From: Eledone cirrhosa
Taxonomy: Eukaryota
Direction: 5' to 3'
NCBI GenBank assembly: GCA_964016885.1
Contig: OZ024741.1
Coordinates: 294,314,001-294,378,000 of the forward strand
Length of the DNA stretch: 64,000 bases
Shown: piece by piece, positions 14,151 to 27,340 of the stretch
Layout of the letters: the number at the start of each line of letters is the position of its first letter
How positions within the stretch are numbered: the stretch's first letter is position 1
Notes under the pieces: generated by a model
Told to the model about the DNA's origin: nothing
Seen by the model: the letters and a program-made list of their open reading frames with translations, nothing else
The model's database searches: none
Made by a program: the position numbers and the translations under genes

Positions 14151-14238
14151 TCTCTCGGACAGATTAGAGATTTAATCTGTTTCACCCTGAAAATTGTGTT
14201 TGTAACAGATAATCCATAGGCTTTTCGTCAGCGAGAGA
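14151..14238 (-). ncRNA. Type I hammerhead ribozyme motif with GUC cleavage triplet
   Basis: Minus strand TCTCTCG-CTGACGA-[stem II region]-GAAA-CAGATTA-AATCTC-TAATCTG-TC-CGAGAGA; 7-bp stem I and a long stem III. Confidence 0.8.
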
Positions 14239-14479
14239 AACGTTCAAATGAAACAAAACACATTTAACAACAACCCAGAGGAGTAAATAATACACCTTGT
14301 GGGTTGTACGCTATACGTGGTGTGAGTGGATATGTTAGAAATAATAGCTTTATTACACTCAACTTATAAGCTTACCTAGTTAGGGAGCCGAAATACAAAT
14401 AAAATACAGAGTTATTAACTCATATTGATATTTATATAAATATTTTATATTTATATATAGATATATAGCGGGACAAGCA

Positions 14480-16879
14480 GATAGTGTCTAATACCAAGGT
14501 AATACCCTGGGGAAGAATGTACCCCCACAGCATAGGTTAGTCGTTAGTGATATCTCAGTAAGCAAGAGATGGAATGAGACATACAGGAAGGTGTGGAGAA
14601 GAAAGGTCTGGAAGCTAAAAGACCTTTCACTAAAATACAAATTTAGGAAAGCCCTTCAAGATGTATATGACGAAAAAGAAGACGATTAAGAGACGTATAA
14701 CATAGATAATAACTGGAATTTCTTACGTGACAACTTGCTGCAGGTTACTGATGAAACTTGTGGCTAGAGCAGAGCTCCAACCAGACAGAGCGTGACCTGG
14801 TGGTGGAACAGCACAGTAGATAGGCCATTAGAGACAAAAGACTAGCATGGAAGGCTTGGAAAAAGGGTGGGAGTAGGGAAGAATATACAGCCGCAAAGAG
14901 AGAAGCTAGACGTCAGGTGTACTTAGCACACAGGGAGGCTGAGAGTAGGAGGTTTGCCAATGTTCTGCGACGGGAAGATCAGAGGCGTGCGGTGTTCCAC
15001 ATTGCAAGGCAGTGTGTCAATGCAAATCAGGATGTTGTTGGAGATAAATGTGTCTGGGATGATGCCGGTGTACTTAGTGTCACAAATTATCAGAAAAAGG
15101 AGGCCTGGAAATGTCATTATGAGAGACTAATGAATGTGGAGAACGAATGGGAGAGAGAGAAATTACCCTTATTAGATCTGACAGAGGGACCAGCTATTGA
15201 GATTGACGAATATAGGGTCCAAGAGGCGATTAAGGAAATGAAAAATGGTAAAGCTGCTGGACCATCGGGAATAGTTGCTGAGATGCTGAAGGCATCAGGG
15301 GACGTAGGCACTAAACTGGTTGTACGCATCATCAATCAGGCTATATATGGTGGTGTCATACCCAAAGACTGGTGCAGCAGTATTCTCATAAATTGCTACA
15401 AGGGTAAAGGGGATGCTCTGGAGAGGAGCAATTATAGGGGTATAAAACTGATGGATCAGGTTATGAAAGTGGCAGAAAGGATATTAGCACAACTAATTAG
15501 AGAAAGGGTCAAACTAGATGAGATGCAGTTTGGTTTTGTGCCTGGGAAGAGTACAACAGATGCCCTCTTCTTGGTGAGACAATTGCAAGAGAGGTTCTTA
15601 GAGAAAAATAAGCCACTATACTTAGCCTTTGTTGACTTAGAGAAGGCCTTTGATAGGGTACCCCGATCTGTCATCTGGTGGTCCCTAAGGAAACTAGGTA
15701 TTGAGGAATGGCTTGTGAGGACAGTGCAAACTTTGTACAGAGGTACTCTCAGTAAAGTCAGGGTAGGAATGGAGTTTAGTGAGGAATTCCAGATGCAAGT
15801 AGGAGTACATAAAGTATCGGTCCTCAGCCCGCTCTTGTTCATTATAGTCCTCCAAGCCATAACAGAGGAGTTTAAGACTGGCTGTCCATGGGAACTTCTC
15901 TATGCTGACGATTTGGTTCTTATAGCAGAATCAGTAGAGGAGCTAGAGAATAAATTCTGGCTATGGAAACATCAGTTGGAAGCAAGAAGACTGAGAGTGA
16001 ACCTAGCTAAGACAAAAGTGTTGATGAGTAGAAAAGAGGACAAAACTCTAATTCCGTCAGGGAAATGGCCATGTTCGATATGCAGAAAAGGAACTGGCAT
16101 AAATTCTATAAAATGTACACAATGCAGATCCTGGGTACACAACAGATGTAGCCAGATAGCAGGCAAACTAACAGGTAGGGAGAAATATGTATGCAGTAGA
16201 TGTACAGGGAAATTAGACAGTAGAAGTCACATTGATAGACACATTTTTCAAATGCAGGAGGGTGCTATAGAAGTGGTGGATAGCTTCCGGTACCTAGGAG
16301 ATCAGATTAGCATGGGAGGAGGGTGTTCCGAGGCCATAGTATCTAGAATAAGGACGGGTTGGAAGAAGTTTAGGGAGCTGCTTCCTCTGCTGACGAAGAA
16401 GGGTTTCTCCCTGCGTACGAAAGGCCTGTTGTATGATGCCTGTGTGAGGAACGCGATGCTGCATGGTAGTGAGACATGGGCAGCAACTGCAGAGGATATG
16501 CGACGGCTGGAGAGAAATGAGGCAAGCATGCTCCGTTGGATGTTCAGTGTAATTGTGCGTGAACGACCCAGCATGAATGTGTTGAGAGAGAAACTGTGTC
16601 TGAGAGGGATAGAATGTAGTGTACGGGAGAGGAGACTGGGGTGGTATGGACATGTGATGCGCATGGAGGATGACCGATGGGTGAAGAAGTGCCAGGAAAT
16701 GCCAGTTGAAGGAAGACGTGGTAGAGGTAGACCATGAAAAACATGGGCGGAGGTGGTGAGAACAGACCTTAGATCGTTGAAGCTCACGGTGGAGATGGCG
16801 ACGGACCGTGATGAGTCTAGAGATGCTGTGCTGAATAAGACACGTCCCACGCTTGCGAGCAGGGAAGAGCGGACGTAAA

Positions 16880-16931
<52 letters not shown>
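14480..16931 (+). mobile_element. RTE-clade LINE, 5'-truncated, degenerate; ORF remnant 14917-16737
   Basis: KAAGPSGI, NYRGIKL, QFGF, FVDLEKAFDRV, YADD, FRYLG, RGRGRP; the QG motif is mutated (HKVS); premature TGA at 16735; (GAT)n tail. Confidence 0.95.
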
Positions 16932-16932
<1 letters not shown>

Positions 16933-16935
16933 ATG

Positions 16936-17160
16936 TATATATAGTGTATTTTGTAATACACTGTATGCTTAATTAAAAGCATTTCGAAGACCTTACGCTA
17001 TTGTTTTAGAGTAGTGACAGTCTCATTTACTTTAAATTATCAGCAAACTGTTTGCTGAAAATTTAAATAAGTGAGACTGTCACTACTCTAAAACAATAGC
17101 GTAAGGTCTTCGAAATGCTTTAATTAAGCATACAGTGTATTGCAAAATACAGTATATATA
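16936..17160. repeat. ~110-bp-arm palindrome (single-arm relative at ~12485-12580)
   Basis: Centre CAGCAAAC-T-GTTTGCTG at 17049; arms are near-identical reverse complements. Confidence 0.9.
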
Positions 17161-17234
17161 CATTCATATACATATCGCTATTTCAGGGCACTAATTCTAA
17201 TATATATATATATATATTTATATATATAAATATT

Positions 17235-17267
<33 letters not shown>

Positions 17268-17295
17268 ATATATATTTATATATGTATGTATATAA

Positions 17296-17369
<74 letters not shown>

Positions 17370-17375
<6 letters not shown>

Positions 17376-18235
17376 CAATATTAAGATAGTAGAAAGACCA
17401 GATACCTCCATAAAAACACTTATTAGCAATACATACCCTTTTCAAAGACCTCCCTGTATAGATAAGAAATGTATAATCTGTAAACTAAGCCCCCATATTA
17501 ACTGTAAAACTAGAAATGTAGTATATAGCATAAGAAGTACTGAAAGACAATGTAGAGATAAGAATATAGTGTACATAGGTGAGACAGCTCGTAGTATAGG
17601 AGAACGGATAAATGAACACTGGCGAGAACTTCAAGATAGAAAAGAATCATCTGTACTCCACCAACATTCTAAAATAGAACATAAGGGTAAATAAGAGAAC
17701 ATAGAAATAAAAATAGAATCTACACACAGAAAACACGCAATGTTTAGACAAATCACAGAGGCAATAAACATAAATGAACTCCAACCAAAATTAAATAGAA
17801 GACATGAATGGAATAGCAGCATTACAACTTACAATTAAGGACAAAATGAAAACACACACACACATAGAACAAACAACCAACCAGTAACATGTAAATAAAC
17901 AATTAAATAAACAAATATAAACACACACAGACACCCGGATGTAGCACATGCGCAAACTAAGCTCACAACACACACAAAAACAAGATGGCGTAGGACAGAA
18001 CAAAGGAGACGCACAAAAACGAAGAAAAGAATCCCCAGTCAGTGAAGCGGTCACATAATGTGTGACGAAAGAACTTTGACAATATATGAACAACCGTCTG
18101 GTTGTGGAACCAACCAACCAACTGGAAATTTATAAATTCTTAAATTTATAAATTTAATTTATAATAAATTGGACTGAAAGCAAGTGGTGCGTCTGTTTCT
18201 TATTGGCAACATGACCCTCCCAAAGCATAACAATA
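17370..18235 (+). mobile_element. Penelope-like 3' fragment: degenerate GIY-YIG endonuclease plus pLTR
   Basis: NCKTRNVVY...VYIGETARSIGERINEH...LHQH...EAINI...PKLN with stops (~17500-17815); mutated hammerhead at 18038-18080; bounded by (TA)n. Confidence 0.85.
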
Positions 18236-18639
18236 TATATATATATTTAAATATATATATATTTATATGTATATATATAAATATATATATATATATGTGT
18301 GTGTGTGTATATATATGTGTGTGTGTGTGTATGTATATATATATATGTGTGTGTGTGTATGTATATATATATATATATATAAAAAGCCAGTTACTACAAT
18401 ATGCTATACCATATCCTTATGCTTCATTAACCCTGAGGACGAACTTCTTTAATCTGGGCTGATTTTTCCAGTTCATTTTCAGTGACACAGGTTGAAAAAG
18501 TGGTCCCCATGACTAATGAAACAAACATACCTGGCATGGAAACATTGTAGTAACTGGCCTTAATAATTATATTCAAACTCTCCCTATGGACTTGAATTGC
18601 TCTATATCTTGGATACTTTTACCTACCTATTACTACATA

Positions 18640-18960
18640 GCTTAGTGGTTAGAGCATTGGCCTTTCAATCGAAAGGTTTTGAGTTCAATTCTCAGACCGG
18701 GTGATGTGTTATTTCCTTCAGCAAGACACTTTCTTTCACATTGCTCCAGTTTACTCAGCTGTAAAAATGAGATGATAGGACTGGGGTCCATATCATTCCA
18801 CTGCAAAGTGGACTCGTAGGTGCCACGGCAAAAAAGCACCCATCACTCACAGTAATTGAGGTTGGTGTTAGGAAGGGCTTCCTGCTGTAGAAATCAAGCC
18901 AGAATCAGTTGCCGTCCCACCCTTGCAAGCAGGGAAAAGCGGACGTAAAATAATGATGAT
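18640..18960 (+). mobile_element. tRNA-derived SINE, family A, with RTE-derived 3' tail
   Basis: GCTTAGTGGTTAGAGC A box, GAGTTCAATTC B box, GCAAGACACTTT-TTTCACATTGCTCCAG body; tail identical to the LINE 3' end. Confidence 0.85.
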
Positions 18961-19027
18961 ATATATATATATATATAAATGCAGAAAATACCAGTTGTAA
19001 CTGTCAATAATTATAGATAATAGTTGG

Positions 19028-19950
19028 GGCGGTGGATTGGCAGTATCGGTAGAGGGTCGGACGCCATGCTTTGACGCCATGCTTTGCCTTGCCATTCTGA
19101 ATTCAAATCACGCCGAGGTTAACTTTGCCTTTCATCCTTACGGGGTCGATAAAATAAAGTACCAATAATGCACTGGGTAATTGCTGGCCTTGTGCCAAAC
19201 GTAGAAACAATTATAGATAATAGTTGAGTACCTTATTTAAAACTGAGTCAAGCGAAGGACAGGAGAGAGGTCATTGGGGAAAAAGGAAGAGAATGATACA
19301 CACACACATGCACATATATATATACATAGGTTCTCGAGTGGTGTCAGGTGGGGGAGGGTAACCGAAGTTAAATAAGGTACTGACGTAGATTGGCAGCATG
19401 GGTAGAAGGTCGGACACCATGCTTTGTAGCATAGTTACACCCTTTACAGTCTGAGTTCAAATCCTGTGAAAGTTACCTTTGCCTATTAGCCTTACAGGGT
19501 CCATAAAATAAAGCACCAGTAATGCACTGGGATAATTGCTGGCCTTGTGCCAAAAGTAGAAACAATTATAGATAATAGTTGAGAAAATAGGATAAATTAT
19601 CCTTAGAGATGGAAAAAGTGGAGGTTGGTGCCTCTGTCCACTTTTTCCAAAGCTCTTTGAGATGTGTGAATGATGTGTGCCTAATTTTGAAACAAATATT
19701 ATTATTATAATTATTGTCATGAATGTGGTGGATTGGGAGTATCGGTAGAGCATCAGATAACATGATTTGTGGCATATAGTTACGTCCCTCTGTGTTCTGA
19801 GTTCAAATCTCACTGAAGTTAACTTTGCCTTTAATCCTTATAGGGTTGATAAGATAAAGTACCAGTAATGCACTGGACTCGATTTAATCACCCCTTCCCC
19901 CCACCCACCCCAAAAAATTGTTGGCCTCATACCTGAATCAGAAACGGTTA
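19028..19950 (+). mobile_element. Cluster of three family B SINE copies
   Basis: Repeated GTTCAAATC...AACTTTGCCTTTCATCC...AAAGTACCAGTAATGCACTGG. Confidence 0.8.
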
Positions 19951-20732
19951 TTGTATGAGAGAGGTGAACTGACTGAATCGTTAGAGCTTCAGACAACATA
20001 CTTTACGGCATATAGTTCATTATATTCTGAATTCAAATTCCACCTTTCCTCCTTACTGGGTCATGATCATTTTTATCATCGTTTTTATGATCCATGTTGT
20101 ATGGGTTGGACAGGTCATTCTCAGCACAGCATCTCTCCACTTGTTGGATTCTTCTGTCATCTCCTCTGCCAGTCTCAGCAATTTGAGGTCAGCTCTCACA
20201 TCCACTGCCCAGGTCATTCTTAGACAACCTCTACTGCGATTTCCTTCCACTGGGATTTCTTGGTATTTCTTTATACAGGGGTCGCTGTCAATAAAATAGA
20301 ATAGCATTTAATTACTGTGGCTGATAAATTGATTTTCTACTTCCCCCAAATTGCTGCTCTTGTGCCAATATTCAAAAGAATTATTATTATTATTATTATT
20401 ATTATTATTGTCATTATATCTATTAATATTTTTTTTTTTTTTCTTCTTACTTTGCTGGAGCAATTGTCAAATGGTGATGCTGCACAAGCATAATTACCAT
20501 AGCAACATGACACAACATGCATCATCAGAAGACAAGAATCTTGTCATGGAAATATTGTAAACAATGAGAACCAATATAGTGGTTGTTATGGATGCAGTAG
20601 TAGAACAGTTGTTAGTGGCAGTTGTAAGTGATACCTGTGAGTGTGTATGTATATATATGTATATATATATATATATATGTTTATCTATATATAGTGAAAA
20701 ATGGAATGGGAACAAAACAGAGAGGCAGTACG

Positions 20733-20803
<71 letters not shown>

Positions 20804-20814
20804 ATGTATATAAT

Positions 20815-23800
20815 AAAATAATAATGAAATTATTGTGTAAAGTGCTCAGGTGCACTACAACTCATCAAAGGTGCATGTATAGTACATAGAATAATATACA
20901 AATGTCAGGGAAGTGAATAGTGTATGAGTCGTGATATACATGTGTGTATGTGTATGGAGGGGGAATATTAGGTGTAGTGTTGGCAAATCTCAGGAAGCAT
21001 GGATGTTTTAAAGGATGCAGTGTTTCAACAACTAACAACTGATGCAGGTAGTTTGTTCCATGCTTCAGCAACTCTGAGCGTGAAAAAATGTTTCCGAAAG
21101 TTATGGGAACTGTGCTGTTTTCTGATTTTGTGGGCATGCCCATGTGTGTGTTAGACACATGGAGATCAAAAAGGTACTCAGGGTTGTTGTTGGCAAGATG
21201 GTTAATAACTTTGTGGGTATTTACCAAGTCGGTTGCCAGACGTCGGAGCTTCAATGTATCCATGCCCAGGGAAGCAAGGCGTTCAGAGTATGGTAGATGC
21301 CTGATGGAGGTTATTCGCTTGGTTGCACGTCTCTGAACAGTTTCCAGGCGGTCAATGTTCTGAGCAAGATAGGGGTTCAAGACTGGTGATGCAAATTCTA
21401 AGTGTGGCCACACCATAACCATGTACAGCTTTAAATAGCTGGAGAGCGGCTGACAAAGGTCTTGCTGAGTGATGCTGAGACACCCTCAGCCTTCTTGACA
21501 ATTTTAGAGACGTGCTTTGTTCAATGCAAATTGCTGCTGACCGTAATACCCAAGTCACGTTCACAAGAAGACTTCTTGATATTAGTGTTGTGGAGGGAGT
21601 ATGTAAACGCTGGGATTTTACTCCCAAAATGCATGGTGATGCACTTGTCCACAGCTAACTTCAGTTGCCAGTCTGTGACCCATTGTTGCATTGTGTCCAG
21701 GTCATATTACAGGCAAGATCTATAGTGTTCAGGATCTGTCCTTTTTATCTCAAGGTACAGCTTGATGTCATCTGCATATTTCAGTACTGTGGCATTCTTT
21801 AAGTTGGCATCTATGTCATTAATATATGCCACAAACAAAAGGGGGCCAAGAACAGATCCCTGTGGTACACCAGATGAAATCTCATATGGTGAGGAATGCT
21901 GTCCCAGAACCGTGACTACCTCTCTTCGACTAAGAATGAAGGATTTCAACCAGTTAAAAAAATCATCCTTCACACCCATTGCAGAGAGTTTTGCCATAAG
22001 CCTTTTGTGTGGCACAGAATTGAAAGCTTTAGCAAAGTCAAGGTAAACAACATTCCATCATGAGCCGCCATCAGTGATCCGGGTGATGTCTTCAAGGAAC
22101 TCAATAAGTTGATCACTGCAGCTGGAGTTAGGGATAAATCCAAATTGCGAGGGCCGGATAAGACTGTGAGAGTTCCAGAAGTTCCAAAGTGTTTCTCTGA
22201 CACAGGATTCCATCAGTTTGGCAATGCAGCTAGTAAGACTGACTGGACGATAGTCACAGGTGATGTGCGGTCACCCTTTTTGAACAGAAGAATGACACTG
22301 GCAGTTTTCCACTGTTCTGGAGTAGCACCGCTGTTCAGATAGAATTGGAAGAAGCGTGATAGCTGGTGCATAAGGAAGTACCCACCACGTTTGAGAAGCA
22401 GGTACATAACACCATCAAGACCAGGAGAGGCATGGTTGCATTTATTTTTAAGGTGATGTCACAGAATTGCAGGTGTAAATTCCATGTTTGTAATAGAATC
22501 CGGTGTCATAGATGGTGGAGACAGTACACTCTGGTCTTCAATAGTGAAAATGCCTGCATAACATTCAGCAATGAGCTCTGCGCATTCCTTGTAACCTGGC
22601 TTGTGTGGGGATTGCAAAGAGGACCAACTGAAGAGTGAGGCCTCTGCTTTGAGTGAACATACTTCCAGAACACCTTACTGTCAGGGCTGGTTGCTATGCG
22701 CTGCTCAAATTGAAGCACTGCCTTTTTTGTCACCTGTTTGAGATGGTTGGATGATTTACTTCGCCTCTTCATATTGATATCTGATTTATGCAGTTTGTAC
22801 TCACGTTCAGCATTATAATGTTTTTTTTCTGGCAAGACGGACTGCTGCAGTCTGCCAAATTGCACTTTTGGGATGTTTTTCTGCTTACGTGGCACCGATG
22901 CTGCACATGCTGTCCATATTGAGCTCAGGATGTTCTGGAGTACAGTGTTGACATCTCCAGAGTCGTAGAACTCAAGCCAGTTTGGCCGTTGCAACTCGGT
23001 GCAGTAACAGTTCCAGTTTGCTTTATTCCAGTCAAAGTGAGCAGTTTGGAGATGGTTGTGGTTTTTGTTACTGCCCATGAGGGATAGATTGGCAATGATC
23101 ATAGCATGATCAGAGTCACCTAAAGGTTCCTCAGCAGTAACACTAATAACCGTTTCAGGAGTAGTGGTGAAGAGTAGGTCCAAAGTGTTGTCACCTCTTG
23201 TTGGGGAGGTGACTACTTGGGACCAATTCGAGTCCAGCACTAGCTCAAGGCAGTCATTTGCACTTGGCGGCCAACGAAAGGTTTCCCAGTCAATCTCAGA
23301 GTGATTGAAGTCCCCTGCAATAAAAACACAAGTGGCTGTTATCCTGGCAGCAACTCTGAGGATATCACAAAGTTGAGTGTCCTGATGGTAATTTGGGGGA
23401 CGGTAAACGACTCCAAGTAGCAGTGTTGACATGGTCATACGTATATCGCAGAAAAATACTTCCTGCTGCGATTGGTTCAAATCAACACAAGGAATTGCCG
23501 ACGAATTTGATCAAACGTAGACCATTACACCACGACCACCACGATTAATGCGGTCTTTACGAAACATGATGTAGCCAGTTATGCTGAAAACTCCATCACA
23601 GAGTAAGGAATGTGCCCAAGTTTCCGTGACTGTAATGAAGTCAGGGTTGATACTTTTGACGTAGGAGTCAAAAAGATGAATCTTATTGCATAGACTACGT
23701 GCATTCAAGGACAACAATTTGTACCTTGATTCCAGCCTATGATTATGTGCAGGGGATGGCAGGTTGTTCTGATTTAGTTTTTTCAGTTTTTTTGTTGTCA

Positions 23801-24323
23801 GTTGTTGTGGGTACAGTGATTTCTGACCAGCTGGTATCTCTTTTCCATGTTTCACCAGCCTTAACAAACTTCAATATCTGCTCATCATCACGTAGGCTGA
23901 AGCTTCCATGTTCTGCCGAGCTGCGGCTTAAGGAAGCTGCAGCACGCAGCTTTGCGCGGACATCTGGTGGAAGACCAGGGTGTGTTCGGAAAGCAATCCG
24001 ACTTTCACGCCTAGCTTTATCAGAGGCTACAAGGTATGAACGTGCCTCAGTTGACTTCGAAAAAGACAGTCTAATGAGCCTGGGTTTCGGACCTGGTCGG
24101 CCAAGGCTTTGAGCACCCTTCGCGGGAGCACCGCCTAAGTCTTTGGATGAACTGGCAGCAAATGCCTGAAGATCAACTATGTCTTCTGGTACACCAATGG
24201 CAATCACTTCCTGGTTTGCAGATTCAGTCGCATTCTCAATGCGTCTAGGTTCGACAAGAGGTGCGCGGAGTTTTTTTAACAAGAGGTACGCAAAGATTTT
24301 TTAACAAGAGGTACGCGGAGATT
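20815..24323 (-). mobile_element. Near full-length CR1-clade LINE (ORF1 remnant, AP endonuclease, RT), multiply frameshifted
   Basis: LNARSLCNK, VTETW, GVVYRPP, GDFN, LDLL, SDH (APE); VPQGSVLGPLLF, YADD (RT); LEFASPV..PY...LETVQRRATK (CR1 C-terminus); ORF1-like 23743-24282. Confidence 0.93.
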
Positions 24324-24417
24324 TATATATATATGTGTATATTTTTATATATACACATATATATATAAAAATATATATGTATATATATATATATGTATAT
24401 TTTTATATATATATATT

Positions 24418-24461
<44 letters not shown>

Positions 24462-24595
24462 TGTATATATATCTATATAAATATATATGTATATATATAT
24501 GTATATATATTTGTATATATATGTATATATATATATGTATATATATATGTGTATATATATATGCGTATATATGTATATATATATATATATATGTA

Positions 24596-24941
24596 TGGAG
24601 GCACATGGCTTAGTGGTTAGAGCATTGGCCTTGCAATCGAAAGGTTGTGAGTTCAATTCTCAGACCGGGTGATGTGTTGTTTCCTTGAGCAAGACACTTT
24701 GTTTCACATTGCTCCAGTTTACTCAGCTTTAGAAATGAGATGATAGGACTGGGGTCTCTATCATTCCACTGCAAAGTGGTCATGGAGGTACCACGGCAAA
24801 AAAGCACTCAGCCCACACTGTAAAGTGGATGTGTAGGCGCCACGAAGGGTATCCAGCTGTAGAAATCAAGCCAGAATCAGTTCCCGTCCCACCGTTGCAA
24901 GCAGAGAAAAGCGGACGTAAAATGAAATGATGATGATGATG
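24596..24941 (+). mobile_element. Full-length family A SINE
   Basis: tRNA-like head, conserved body, RTE-like tail ending GCGGACGTAAAATG...(GAT)n. Confidence 0.88.
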
Positions 24942-25313
24942 TATATATTAAAAACAAAACCAGGTTTCACGTTAAGGTCTTTATTGATTATACACAGTTA
25001 CAACTGTTTCACAGATGGGTGGTTCAGGATCCATGTAAATTCTATAGACCCGTCTACAGGCCGATCTTCTTATCGGACTTGTTAATCAAGCAAAACCAAA
25101 ACCTCATCCCATCTCGTTTATATATAACAAATTTGATATAGAAATGGCTTCTACAGCAATAGAACTGTATCATTTGAAGGAAATCATGATGATTTTCTTT
25201 TGAAGGAAAAAGTTCCAGCCCTGTAGAAATCCTTTCTATATTAAATTTGTTGTATACACCCTACTAGTGTATTGAGTACATTATTTACTGTGGTTATCTC
25301 TGATTGAACTCAA

Positions 25314-25377
<64 letters not shown>

Positions 25378-26110
25378 CCTCCCTCTCTCTCTCTCTCTCT
25401 CTCCCTCTCTTTCTCTCTCTTTCTCTCTCTCACTCACACACACATATACATATGATGATCTTTGAGTGAAATTTGGTAGATGTGCATTTTATGGAAACAC
25501 ATCATGTTTGTATGTATCTAAATATCTTTCTTCTTCTTCTTCTTCTTGGGGACAGAATCCTCTAACACTCCTTCTAGTGGGTCCTGTCAAAAGCAACTAT
25601 TTAGTATTTAAATATAATTTATAGTTATATAGATCAATGTTATTTTTCTCTCTATCTATCTAATTGTTTATTTTATATTTTTTACATGACTGTATAAAAT
25701 CCCCGGCATGTCTTTGTATTTCCCCTTTTCTTGTGCATCCTTGTGGCAAATAAAGAAATCTATCTATCTCTATCAACACAAACATACACACCTCTAAATC
25801 ATAATCCATAACTTTTGGAGCAAAACCTCTACTCACCACTACCATAGCAAATATTTGCACTTTATCACCCTTGTACACCTTCCTCCCACACATGGATGTG
25901 TATATCCGTGGGAAAAATTAAATTGTTTTCTGTTGTTGTTACTGAGTAATACTTTCACCCCCCACCCAGAAATCCACCCACAACCAGACACTGAACAGCT
26001 GTGAACATCACTTCATTAACACACATGGCTGTCTGAGTGTGGGCATGTACATATGAATGCTTGCATGTGTATGAATATATATGTGTGTGTGTATATATAT
26101 ATATACATAT

Positions 26111-26466
26111 ATCATCATCATCATCATCATCACCATTTTACGTCTGCCTTTTCCCTGCTCGCAAGGGTGGGACGGGAACTGATTCTGGCTTGATTTCTAC
26201 AGCTGGATGCCCTTCCTAACACCAACCTCATTTACAGTGAGTGTTGGGTGCTTTTTTGCTGTGGCACCTCCACGACCACTTTGCAGTGGAATGATATGGA
26301 CCCCAGTCCTATCATCTCATTTCTACAGCTGTACAGCTGAGTAAACTGGAGCAATGTGAAAGAAAGGGTCTTGCTCAAAGAAATAACACATGACTCGGTC
26401 TGAGAATTGAACTCACAACCTTTCGATTGCAAGGTCAATGCTCTAACCAGTAAGCCATGTGCCTTC
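26111..26466 (-). mobile_element. Full-length family A SINE, joined head-to-head to the RTE copy
   Basis: Reverse complement of the 24596-24941 family; (CAT)n tail at the left. Confidence 0.88.
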
Positions 26467-26467
26467 A

Positions 26468-27340
26468 CTAGCTAAAACAAAAGTGTTGATGAGTAGAAAA
26501 GAGGACAAAACTCTGATTCCGTCAGGGAAATGGCCATGTTCCATATGCAGAAAAGGAACTGGCATAAACTCTATACAATGCACACAATGCAGATCCTGGG
26601 TACACAACAGATGTAGCCGGATAGCAGGCAAACTAACAGGTAGGAAGAAATATGTATGCAGTAGATGTACAGGGAAATTAGACAGTAGAAGTCGCATTGA
26701 GACTCATTTTTCAAATGCAGGAGGGCGATATAGAAGTGGTGGATAGCTTCCGGCACCTAGGAGATCAGATTAGCATGGGAGGAGGGTGTTCCGAGGCCAT
26801 AGTATCTAGAATAAAGACGGGTTGGAAGAAGTTTAGGGAGCTGCTTCCTCTGCTAACGAAGAAGGGTTTCTCCCTGTGTACGAAAGGCCAGTTGTATGAT
26901 GCCTGTGTGAGGAGCGCGATGCTGCATGGTAGTGAGACATGGGCAGCAACTGCAGAGGATATGCGACGGCTGGAGAGAAATGAGGCAAGCATGCTCCGTT
27001 GGATGTGCAGTGTAAATGTGCGTGAACGACCCAGCATGAATGTGTTGAGAGAGAAACTGTCTTAGAGGGATAGAATGTAGTGTACGGGAGAGCAGACTGA
27101 GGTGGTATGGACATGTGATGCGCATGGAGTATGACCAATGGGTGAAGAAGTGCCAGGAAATGCCAGTTGACGGAAGACGTGGTAGAGGTAGACCACGAAA
27201 AACATGGGCGGAGGTGGTTAGAACAGACCTCAGATCGTTGAAGCTCACGGTGGAGATGACGAAGGACTGTGACGAATGGAGAGATGCTGTGCTGAATAAG
27301 ACCCGTCCCACCCTTGCAAGCAGGGAAAAGCGGACGTAAA

